Positions 1 to 8,967 of a stretch of DNA of 12,444 nucleotides are shown in pieces. The DNA is from Octopus sinensis. Its lineage: Eukaryota. Made by a program: the position numbers and the translations under genes. The notes beneath the pieces are model-generated. The model saw only the letters and a list, made by a program, of their open reading frames with translations. It was not told the origin of the DNA and did not search any database. The number at the start of each line of letters is the position of its first letter. Position 1 is the stretch's first letter. The DNA lies in NCBI RefSeq assembly GCF_006345805.1, contig NW_021826595.1:1-12444 (forward strand). Reading direction: 5' to 3'.

Positions 1-109
1 TATATCCATAGTATATCACCATTTATAGTCAAAATATATTTTAATGAATAAAAAGAAAAAAAACGGTGAGCTGATGACAGTTTACTTTCTCTGAGGTGAA
101 TTGATGACG

Positions 110-429
110 GTGCAAGTGGCTGAGCACTCCACAGACACGTGTACCCTTAACGTAGTTCTCAAGGAGATTCAGCGTGACACAGAGTTTGAAAAGGCTGGCC
201 CTTTGAAGTGCAGGTGCAACAGAAACAGGAATAAATAGTGAGAGAAAGTTCTGTTGAAAGAGTACAGCAGGGTTCTACACCACGCCCTGCTGGAGCCGCG
301 TGAAACTTTGGGTGTTTTTGCTCAATAGACTCTCACAATAAACTCTAACAATAAACTATCTGGGAAACGAAACCGCGATCCTACGACCGCGAGTTCGCTG
401 CCCTAACCACTGGGCCATTGCGCCTCCAC
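110..429 (-). mobile_element. tRNA-derived SINE (head type A + tail type 1), 3'-truncated
   Basis: The minus strand begins GTGGAGGCGCAATGGCCCAGTGGTTAGGGCAGCG. It has an A-box-like TGGCCCAGTGG (417-407) and a B-box-like GGTTTCGTTTCC (374-363). The head and body match 10910-11071, and the tail (110-207) matches 1824-1921. Confidence 0.85.
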
Positions 430-689
430 TAAAGAATATGTTACTTATGAAATAACGGTCTTGACGTTCACCGCCATCAATCTGTACTTATTTCTGAGTA
501 GAAAATGTCAGTTAGTCTATTAAGAGTAGACATAGAATATTTTAACAGTCATTTTGGTGTTTACCAGTGATAAATCTTATGACGGTGAAAAACGATCATT
601 TGTCGTTTGTCAGTCGTTAGAACCGTCTGACGAAAATCAGAGACATCTGGGTTCAAATCCCGCCGATATCATTTCGAAGTCTGACTGGA

Positions 690-1300
690 CTTTTTATTCT
701 TCTCATTTTTCTTCTTCATCTTTTTTCATTTTGTTTTTTCCTCCTTCTTGATCTCCATCTTCTTCACCCTCCCATCGCTTTCGTCTTCGTCTATTTCTTT
801 TTCCGTCTTCTTTTTTTTATTTCTTCTTCTTCTTCGTCTTCTCCTTCTTCTTCTTCACCTTCTTCTTCGCCCACGTCTTTCTTTTCCTTCTTATTTTTCC
901 GTCTTTCTCCTCATCTGTTTCTTCTTCTTCACCTTCTTCTTCTTCTTCTTCTTCTTCTTCTTCTTCTTCTTCTTCTTCTTCTTCTTCTTCTTCTTCTTCT
1001 TCTTCTTCTTCTTCTTCTTCTTCTTCTTCTTCTTCTTCTTCTTCTTCTTCTTTGTCTTCTTCTTCTTCTTGTTCTTCTTCTTGTTATTCTCCTTCTTCTC
1101 CTTCTTATTCTTCTTATTCTTCTTGTTCCCCTTCTCCTCCTCCTCCTTCTTCTTCTTCTCTTTCTTCCTCCTGTACCTCCTCCTCATTTTCTTCTTCATT
1201 TCCTACCCCATTCTTTTTCTTCACTTCTTTCTCCTCCTCCTCCTCTTCTCTCTTCTTTTCCCTATTCTGATTATACTCTTCCACCTCTCCTTCTTCTCTC
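690..1300. repeat. Polypyrimidine tract with a pure (TTC)n core at about 933-1050 (~39 units)
   Basis: Read directly from the sequence. It explains the poly-F, poly-K and poly-S pseudo-ORFs. Confidence 0.97.
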
Positions 1301-1665
1301 TAGTAGGAGTCGATAATATCCAGTCATGTAGAAGAATGTTCCCCTCTTGATATAAAATGCCCATGATACGCTGTATTTAATAACAGCTCTTCTACCAAAT
1401 TATCAGGGGTTTAAGGGCTTAAAGGCTCCCCACAGGGACAACATAACTGAACTAGCACAGCTACAACTAAAATTTTAGTCACACCAAGTGTTCAACTTCT
1501 CCTTTTTCAATGATTTATCTAGATGGTATTATCTATAGAAAGTTATACTGAGTGATGCCTTACTAGTGGAAAGAGATACCGACTCCCAAAATGGTCTCAT
1601 TGTCAGTCAAGGACATAACTAAATGCAAGGAGAATGGACAGTGATATATGGAGAAATTATAAAAC

Positions 1666-1993
1666 GCCTGGTTTCGTGGTAAGGGTATTCGTCACAATTG
1701 AATGGTCGTGAGATCGATTCCCGGCGGCGCGTTGTGTCCTCACGCAAGGAACTTTATTTCACGTTGCTCCAGTCCACTCAGCTAGCGAATATAAGTTGTC
1801 CTTACGCTTTCAAGAAAAACTAATTCAAAGGGTCAATTTTGTCACAGTCTGTGTCGTGCTCAATCTCCCTAAGAACTACGTTAAAGGTTCGCGTGTCTGT
1901 GGTGTACTCAGTCACTTGTACGCTAATTTCACGAGCAATCTGTTCCGTTGACTGGATCGACTAAATTCTTGTCGTCGTAACAGCCGGAGTACC
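1666..1993 (+). mobile_element. Decayed tRNA-derived SINE (head type B with CORE-like centre + tail type 1)
   Basis: A degenerate head (…GTGGTAAGGG…GAGATCGATTCCCGG) is followed by GTTGTGTCCTCACGCAAGGAACTTTATTTCACGTTGCTCCAGTCCACTCAGC, which resembles a CORE-type domain (from recall). Positions 1824-1921 align with the reverse complement of 110-207. Confidence 0.8.
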
Positions 1994-2450
1994 TGTTATG
2001 TTTATAATGTTTCGTACTGTTCCGAAAGCGGTATTATCGTTTAATGAAGGACTTGCATGTACGGTATATCACCATTTTCTGACTCACGTTCTGAAGTGAA
2101 TGTTTCAAATTCTTAGGCGTTTTCTCTACCACAGATCTCCGGGTACGATTCCTCATCTGTATTTTCATATTATCTCCATATATTCTATGTACTTTGTGTA
2201 CATCTTCTGATGTACACAGTAAATATAATCAGTTACCATGACGATATCATTCCAACACTAAACTGTCTGAGTCATATTTTCCAATACCAGGGTAGTTATA
2301 TGGTTTGTCAGTCCAGAATTTCCCGTCTGTTCGCTTTTTTAGGCAAGTCAGTCATCCATCGCAGATTTGCTAGGCCTGCCGTGACTTCTCCATATTAGTC
2401 ATTTGTCCTAAATGGACAAGAGTAAAGAGAAATGATACATTTTTACTGCA

Positions 2451-2526
2451 GAGCACATCAAATCTCCCGGGCCAGGAATCAAAACCACAGTCTCACAATC
2501 ATCAGACCAACACTCTAACCACTAAG
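2451..2526 (-). mobile_element. SINE tRNA-like head fragment
   Basis: The minus strand reads CTTAGTGGTTAGAGTGTTGG…GTGGTTTTGATTCCTGG, an A/B-box layout similar to the other heads in the window. Confidence 0.55.
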
Positions 2527-2693
2527 TGTATGTGTGTGTATGTATGTATATGTGTGTGTATGTATGTATATGTGTGTGTGTATGCATGTGTGTGTATGCA
2601 TGTGTGTGTAAGTGTGCGTGTATCGGTGTGAGTGCATGAGTGTGTGTATGAGTATGTATATGTACGTGTATGGGTCTGTGTCTGTGTGTATGA

Positions 2694-2748
<55 letters not shown>
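2527..2748. repeat. (TG)n/(TATG)n compound microsatellite
   Basis: Read directly from the sequence. Confidence 0.97.
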
Positions 2749-2750
<2 letters not shown>

Positions 2751-2962
2751 GCGTAGCTACAGACCTGATTCTGCGATTAGAAAACCCCACTTCAAAACAA
2801 CGTGGTCTTGAATTCAGCCCCAAAGACCGACAAATTTTGGAAATTATCTTCTGAAATAGCAAAGATCTGCAATCGAAGATATTTGAACAACGTACAGCAA
2901 CGAGGAATTAGACAAGTGTCCGAAGCCCGACTGTGTCTGTGCGTATGAGTGAAATGATATTC

Positions 2963-2989
2963 ATATATATATATATATATATATATATA
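2963..2989. repeat. (TA)n microsatellite
   Basis: Read directly from the sequence. Confidence 0.97.
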
Positions 2990-2994
2990 CATGA

Positions 2995-3395
2995 TTTTTT
3001 TGCGTAATGAGATAAAAACCAAGGCTGTATGGATGTTAGAGCATTTATAGATAGAAGGTCTTACAGCTTTTTCTAGGATATTAATTAATAATATCCCTTC
3101 ATCGGAGACGGTATGAGAGGAAAAATTAAGACATAGTTTCGATGTGATACAAATAGAGAGTGAGGTGGAGGAAAGAAAAGAGATGTAAGCTATGTATGGG
3201 TATTGAGTTCATAAATCCGTTTTATAGGCATAATGGTATATACGTGTAATATTCCAATATCCTTTGAGTAAAATCCAAAAGTCCAACAGAGTTTAATATG
3301 AGTCCATCCAGATGTAAAGTTTATAAGCAATGTAAGATTCTCTTAAAGTTGATCATTCTCAGTTGGGAATTTATATAGAATGTAGCAGATTCGAG
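2995..3395 (-). mobile_element. 3' remnant of a Penelope-like retroelement (decayed GIY-YIG-like C-terminus + 3' UTR with HHR motif)
   Basis: The minus strand gives frameshifted peptide pieces CYILYKFPTENDQ / TLRESYIAYK / TLHLDGLILN (about 3380-3291). These resemble the 'IL…RE…I…TL.P.GLN' end of PLE GIY-YIG endonucleases. An HHR-like motif follows about 180 nt downstream. Boundaries are approximate. Confidence 0.55.
3058..3109 (-). ncRNA. Degenerate type I hammerhead ribozyme motif (CCGAUGA core variant)
   Basis: GTCT-CCGATGA-A[GGGATATTA…TAATATCCT]A-GAAA-AAGCTG-TA-AGAC. Stem I is GTCT/AGAC and stem II is 9 bp. Stem III would be the palindrome CAGCTG but has A at 3069. The cleavage triplet is GUA at 3064-3062. 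Confidence 0.6.
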
Positions 3396-3839
3396 GTTTG
3401 TGTTTAAATATATATATATACATACATATTACACAATGTTCTTCTCTTCTAATTATTTTATTCTACTGTTTTCTTCTCTTCTATTATTCTATTTCCTTGA
3501 AAAAATTTCTCCCAGGCGTTACTCATCACAATTCGTCTTGGCCCAATGGCCCTTGATGTTTGTCTTTTTGCGATTGTTTACACTGTACGTCAGTCTGTCG
3601 TTGTTTGTTCGTTCGAAGCTCTAACTCTCCATGAATTTTGTATTTTCAAAATTTCTGGATGCCGCTGTCTTATGAAGTTACCCTATATTGTCGTTAAAAG
3701 CACGGAACAGGAGTAATAAACAGTCCGACAACTGATGAGGAGCTATCTTCTAGTATTGCGCCCTGTACATTACTCTCATGTGTTTACGTATTTTCCACTC
3801 GTTGGTGATGTCTTGTACACAATGTGTATTCTCATTTAA

Positions 3840-3852
3840 TTTATATATATAT

Positions 3853-3896
<44 letters not shown>

Positions 3897-3933
3897 CATG
3901 TGGTGTGTGGTGTGGTGTGTGTGTGTGTGTGTA
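3840..3933. repeat. (TA)n followed by (GT)n microsatellites
   Basis: Read directly from the sequence. Confidence 0.95.
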
Positions 3934-4019
3934 TCAAAAGGAATAACGCTCCCTCTGGGGTTATGGGATTTAAGACCGCCATTTATATTTCTTCTTCGAA
4001 CGGAGCCACCGTTCAGAAG

Positions 4020-4118
4020 AAGTATTACTCAGTTTTGCCTGAAAGGTGAAGTGGAGCAACGTGAACACACGCATCGCACTGGCCAGGAATCGAAATCACA
4101 ATCGTACGATCATGAAGG
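4020..4118 (-). mobile_element. Internally deleted fragment of a head-B/CORE-like SINE
   Basis: The minus strand has …GTGATTTCGATTCCTGG…TTCACGTTGCTCCACTTCACC…GGCAAAACTGAGT, matching TTCACGTTGCTCCAGTCCACTC in the 1666-1993 element. Confidence 0.6.
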
Positions 4119-4175
4119 AAATACCCAAAGCCACGGTTTTCCAAACGCCCCCACCACACACACACACATATATAC

Positions 4176-4327
4176 ATATACACATACATATATATAAATA
4201 TACACATGGGGTAAAGTGTATACTAAAGCAGGAAAAAATAGAAAAAATATGGGACAGATTTGTTTCCGCGGACGTAAAGCTTATCTGTATGTATGTAATT
4301 ATGTATGTATGTATGTATGTATGTATG
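4176..4327 (+). repeat. Left arm of a ~152-nt long-range inverted repeat (partner 6081-6233)
   Basis: By manual alignment it is the reverse complement of 6081-6233 with 2 substitutions and 1 indel. It includes the non-repetitive GGGACAGATTTGTTTCCGCGGACGTAAAGCTTATCTG. Confidence 0.95.
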
Positions 4328-4764
4328 TATGCATGTATGTATGTATGTATGTATGTATGTATGCATGTATGTATGTACGTACGTATGTATGCATGTATGT
4401 ATGTATGTATGTATGTATGTATGCATGTATGTATGTATACATGTATGTATTTGTGTATGTATGTATGCATGTGTGTATGTATGTATGTATGTATGCATGT
4501 ATGTATGCATGTATGTATTTATGTATGTATGTATATATGTATGTATGTATGTATTTATGTATGTATGCATATATGTATGTATGTATTTATGTATGCATGT
4601 ATGTATGTATGTATGTATTTATGTATGTATGCATGTATGTATGTATGTATTTATGTATTCATGTATGTATGTATGTATGTATTTATGTATGTATGTATGT
4701 ATGTATGTATGTACGTACGTATGTATGTATGCATGCATATATGTATGTACATATGCATGTGTGT
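4287..4764. repeat. (TATG)n tetranucleotide array with TGCA/TTTA/TACG variants, ~480 nt
   Basis: Read directly from the sequence. It is the source of the MYVC/HTYI pseudo-ORFs. Confidence 0.98.
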
Positions 4765-5029
4765 ATAGATAGAGAGTGATATAAAGTCAGGAAAGTAAAA
4801 TTATTGACGGAAATATAAGGTAAACTTACGGGAATGAGTTTTCGTCCCTCTACACTTTTGCCGCGGCTATTAAGATCAGAGACCCTGATTACGGCAGGGA
4901 ATTTTTTCTCTGTACATAGCCAGTTTATACAGACAGTTATATGGTGTAACGCAGGAAAGTAGCAGAAACCTTTATTCATTAATGACATTCTCACAAACAT
5001 CCTTCCACTGATTCATGTTATTAGGCATA

Positions 5030-5065
5030 TGCATATAATATATATATATATATGTATGATCTATG

Positions 5066-5098
<33 letters not shown>

Positions 5099-5213
5099 GC
5101 ATGTATGCATCTATGTATATATATATATACACATATATGTTATATATATATATAATATATATATATATTATATTATATATATATAATATATATAGATATT
5201 ACACATATATATA

Positions 5214-5257
<44 letters not shown>

Positions 5258-5451
5258 ATATATATATAAAACATATATATATTAATATTTATATGTATAT
5301 ATAGCTATAGATATGGATATATATAGATATGGATATAGATATAGCTATATATATATATATATTACCATATATATTAATACTTATATGTATGCGTGTATAT
5401 ATATGTACATATATGCTTGTATGTACCTCTCTCCATATATAATATATATAT
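5030..5451. repeat. Degenerate (TA)n-rich low-complexity tract
   Basis: Read directly from the sequence. Confidence 0.93.
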
Positions 5452-6082
5452 ATTAGTCAATTTAGGGTAGCAAAAAATCAATAGAAATTTATCGCTACCA
5501 GCGGCCTAGTGAAAAGAGAAAATAGTCAAAGACTAAATATATAAATATAACAATTTAGGAGTGACCTTAACAGGCCATTCGTCCACCAGAAAGAGCAGCC
5601 ATAACTCACACCGCCAAGTAGTAGTAATTCAGAAATTAGGTGAAAATTTTAAAAACATTTACCCTAATTCATCTTTTAGACGATGCATCGTTTCTGTGTT
5701 ATTAATGATTAAATTAGCTTAATTAAATTAATTAAGCTAATCTACCATAGGTCACACTTCATCAGTAAAAAAACCTGGGAGAGACAAATATACACGAGGC
5801 GTCTGTATCGATGCCTCCGAATATCTGTCTTAAAATTTTCAAGACGACGTATTCGCGCCAAACTTATCAGCAGTAAATATAAACTGCCGATTCAATCTCA
5901 GAATTATTCAGAAAATTATCAATTAGTCAATTTAGGGTAGCAAAAAATTCAATAGAAATTTATCGCTACCAGCGGCCTAGTGGAAAAGAGAAAATAGTCA
6001 AAGACTAAATATATAAATATAACAATTTAGGAGTGACCTTAACAGGCCATTCGTCCACCAGAAAGAGCAGCCATAACTCACA
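5452..6082 (-). mobile_element. Non-autonomous HHR-bearing element (PLE pLTR / retrozyme-like): ~470-nt unit in a 1.33-copy partial tandem
   Basis: 5452-5610 and 5922-6082 are direct repeats differing by two 1-nt insertions (offset 470-472). There is one type I HHR in the unit and no coding capacity. Confidence 0.8.
5674..5770 (-). ncRNA. Type I hammerhead ribozyme with intact core
   Basis: TTTTA-CTGATGA-A-GTGT…(long loop II)…ACAC-A-GAAA-CGATGCATCG-TC-TAAAA. The predicted GUC cleavage lies between 5679 and 5678. Confidence 0.8.
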
Positions 6083-6233
6083 TACATACATACATACCTA
6101 CATACATAATTACATACATACAGATAAGCTTTACGTCCGCGGAAACAAATCTGTCCCATATTTTTTCTATTTTTTTCCTGCTTTAGTATACACTTTACTC
6201 CATGTGTATATTTATATATATGTATGTGTATAT
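6081..6233 (-). repeat. Inverted copy of local flank 4176-4327, lying between the two HHR-element copies
   Basis: About 98% identical to the reverse complement of 4176-4327. Confidence 0.95.
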
Positions 6234-6521
6234 AAGACAGATATAAGACAGATATTCCGGAGGCATCGATACAGACGCCTCGTGTATATTTGTCTCTCCC
6301 AGGTTTTTTACTGATGAATGTGACCTATGGTAGATTAGCTTAATTTAATTTAATTAAGCTAATTTAATCATTAATCCACAGAAACGATGCATCGTCTAAA
6401 AGATGAATTAGGGTAAAATGTTTTTTAATTTTCACCTAATTTCTGAATTACTACTACTTGCGGCGGTGTGAGTTATGCTGCTCTTTCTGGTGGACGAATG
6501 GCCTGTTAAGGTCACTCCTAA

Positions 6522-6526
<5 letters not shown>
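6233..6526 (+). mobile_element. Inverted, 5'-truncated second copy of the HHR element
   Basis: 6244-6526 is the reverse complement of 5550-5832, and most differences are small indels. It starts with an 11-nt tandem duplication, TAAGACAGATA (6233-6243, 6244-6254), and ends in (TA)n. Confidence 0.85.
6306..6401 (+). ncRNA. Type I hammerhead ribozyme with intact core
   Basis: TTTTA(6306-10) CTGATGA(6311-17) A TGTG…CACA GAAA(6381-84) CGATGCATCG TC^TAAAA. The predicted cleavage is after C6396. Confidence 0.8.
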
Positions 6527-6567
<41 letters not shown>

Positions 6568-7123
6568 ATATACATATATACATATAGCAGATGCTTGCTT
6601 TTGTATGTACTTATACATACACATACATAAATATACATATATATTGTGTGTGTGTATATATGTATGCGTGGTGCGTGCGAGTACTCGTATATATTTATAC
6701 GTGTCCGTATGCAAATCTATGTCTGCATACATATGCTAGCGGTTATATGTATGAATGTGTATATATATACATATATATACGTACTAGCTTACTAGCACTG
6801 ATATGTATATATAAACACATGCATATTCATATATGTATACTCAGAAATTTATATATATACATACATATATTTATATATATATATATGTATATATATATCG
6901 TTTGTGCTTTCGAGTTGCCGTGACTGTACGTGTGTTTATGTAAGAATGCATGAATAATGTATGAATCTGCTGAATCTAGTGATATTTATATACAAATGCA
7001 TGCTTGCATGATTATGAACTCTTGTATACCAACAATATACAATATTTGCATATCTTTTTATGCGCATGTTTCAGGCTTATATATACATATACATATACAT
7101 ATATATACATATATATATACGTA

Positions 7124-7166
<43 letters not shown>

Positions 7167-7200
7167 TTATATATATATGCGTATGTATATATGTATATAT
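6527..7200. repeat. (TA)n/(TG)n/(CATA)n low-complexity region
   Basis: Read directly from the sequence; long alternating purine-pyrimidine runs. Confidence 0.9.
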
Positions 7201-7329
7201 AAGCATAAAGCAAGTATATGAGAGTTCTTATCGTTATTGTATTGTATATGACAGATATTTAATATGTAGGTGCATATAACGGCCTCCTATTTTTGGAGGG
7301 TGATTTCCACCTTAACCTCTCTCCTTCTC

Positions 7330-7450
7330 GTCATCCTGTTTTCTCCTTTCCTCTCTCTCTCTCCCTCTCTCCCTCTCTCTCTATTTCTGTCTCTCTCTCT
7401 CTCTCCCTATCACTCAGTCTTATCTTAATGTCTCTCTCCTTTTCCTTCTT
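7330..7450. repeat. (CT)n-rich microsatellite
   Basis: Read directly from the sequence. Confidence 0.9.
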
Positions 7451-7660
7451 TCTGCCTTCACAGTTCCCTGTGTTCGTTCCTCATTAGATTACCTTCGTGT
7501 TATTTCTGTCCTTTCTCATACAGTCGTAATCAGCGCAATAACATATTTATATATAGTTCATTATATCCACACTCTATATAAATATGTATACACAGATACA
7601 TGTATACAAAGATTAATATAATTACAGATATACATACATGCATACATGTATATCTCTGTG

Positions 7661-7691
<31 letters not shown>

Positions 7692-7731
7692 ACACATGCA
7701 GAGAGATAAACATTATTAATACATAGACGAA

Positions 7732-8317
7732 GGCGTGAAGCTGGCAGAAACGTCAGCACGCCGGGCGAAATGCTTAGCGGTACGTCCTGAGTTCAAATTC
7801 CGCCGAGGTCGACTTTGCCTTTCATCCTCTCGGGGTCGATAAATTAAGTACCAGTTATGCACTGGGGTCGATTTAATCGACTTGATACCTATTTCTGACC
7901 TAGTTTGTCCCCACTGTGTTTAGCCCCTTGTGGGTAGTAAAGAAATAGGTATTTCTTCTGTCATTACGGTCTGAGTTCATATTCCGCCGAGGTCGACTTT
8001 ACCTTTCATTTTTTCGTGGTCGATAAATTAAATACCAGTTGTGTACTAGGGTCGATCTAATCGACTGGCTCCCTCCCCCAAAATTTTGGGGGCTGTGCCT
8101 AGAGTAGAAAAGCATACTTAGCTCGCCGGGCAACATGCTAACGACATTTCGTCTTCCTTTATATTCTGAGTTCAAATTCCGCCGAGGTCGACTTTGCCTT
8201 TCATCCTTTCGGGGCCGGGGTCAATAAAATAAGTACCAGTTACGCACTGGTGTCGATGTAATCGATTTACCCCTTCTATTGAAACTAATGGAGTTGTGCC
8301 AAAATTTCAAATTACTA
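7732..8317 (+). mobile_element. Three head-to-tail copies of one tRNA-derived SINE family (about 7732-7946, 7947-8112, 8118-8317)
   Basis: Each copy has CTGAGTTCA(A/T)ATTCCGCCGAGGTCGACTTT(G/A)CCTTTCAT…GTC(G/A)ATAAA…TACCAGTT…GTCGAT.TAATCGA. Only the first has a full head (GCTGGCAGAAACGTCAGCACG). The central domain resembles conserved metazoan SINE cores such as Meta/MESC (from recall, unverified). Confidence 0.9.
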
Positions 8318-8384
8318 TTAATACATGGACTTACACAACGACAGAAAGAAAACACACAGAGACAGTTAGATAGATTGGGGGTGG

Positions 8385-8765
8385 CAAGAAGGCGGTGGCA
8401 GGGTTGTGTAGTATAAAGCTTGCTTCGAAACCACATGGTTCAGGCCTTAGTTCCACTGGGTGGCACCTTGGGCAAGCGGCTTATACTATAGCCTCGGACC
8501 CACCAGAGCCTTTTAAGTGGATTTAGTTGATAGAAGCAAAAAGAAGCCCGGCGTGTGTATGTGTGTGTAAGTGCGTGTGACTTTTGTTGGCTTTTCACTC
8601 ATTACTGCAAGACAAGAGGTGTTGGTGTGTTTACAACGTAACTTAGCGGTTCGGCAACATGAGACGACTGACTAAATACCACACAGTCGATTCGTTCGAC
8701 TAAAATTAAGGTGGTACACCAGCATGGCTGTAATTAAATGACTAAAAGAAGTAAAAGATATAAGA
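8385..8765 (+). mobile_element. CORE-like tRNA SINE with internal (GT)n, decayed
   Basis: A decayed tRNA-like head is followed by GGCACCTTGGGCAAG…TACTATAGCCTCGG (CORE-like), a (GT)n stretch, and a tail …TCGACTAAAATT…ATGACT that is similar to 10650-10730. Confidence 0.75.
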
Positions 8766-8780
8766 TTTTAAAAGTGATAA

Positions 8781-8822
8781 ATTTCTTTATTGGCCACACA
8801 GGCCTAAACACAGATGGGACAA
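8781..8822 (-). mobile_element. Isolated SINE tail fragment
   Basis: The reverse complement, TTGTCCCATCTGTGTTTAGGCCTGTGTGGCCAATAAAGAAAT, matches the tail at 7905-7946. Confidence 0.65.
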
Positions 8823-8967
8823 TTATAATGTAGTTTGTCTTTTCGAGGGGGGGCGAAAAAAAAAAGGGACAACGATCAAAATGGATTGAAATCGTTGGGA
8901 AAAAAATTGTACTCGAATAACAGAGGTAGAGTAATATGCTTTATTAAAAAGCAGCAGAAATATCACA

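Noticed and set aside
71-77. CTGATGA hammerhead half-core
   Set aside because: No stem II followed by GAAA and an NUH triplet downstream.
612-670. B-box-like GGGTTCAAATCCCGCCGA, possibly a decayed head of the 7732 family
   Set aside because: The match is too short and the core domain does not follow, so it is insufficient to call.
748-1350. 200-aa poly-Phe ORF and the overlapping poly-Lys and poly-Ser ORFs
   Set aside because: They are translations of the (TTC)n tract, which lacks stops in several frames.
2755-2935. Non-repetitive island between microsatellites with open frames on both strands
   Set aside because: No recognisable protein, weak donor sites, and a phase incompatible with the 2088-2206 candidate exon.
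3732-3738. CTGATGA followed by a weak GGAG…CTTC hairpin
   Set aside because: No GAAA after the hairpin and no stem I or III.
4046-4779. Long MYVC/HTYI-repeat ORFs (up to 240 aa)
   Set aside because: (TATG)n is open in many frames on both strands, and there is no domain-like sequence.
5452-6082. LTR retrotransposon or TRIM interpretation of the direct repeats
   Set aside because: No TG…CA termini, primer-binding site, polypurine tract or TSD. The internal HHR and inverted partner fit a PLE or retrozyme better.
7747-7754. GAAACGTC, resembling a minimal HHR 3' half
   Set aside because: No CUGANGA in a compatible position; it lies in the SINE head's A-box region.
7787-8265. CRISPR-like regularly spaced repeats
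   Set aside because: The repeats are about 95 nt, diverged and SINE-derived, in a eukaryotic context with no cas genes.
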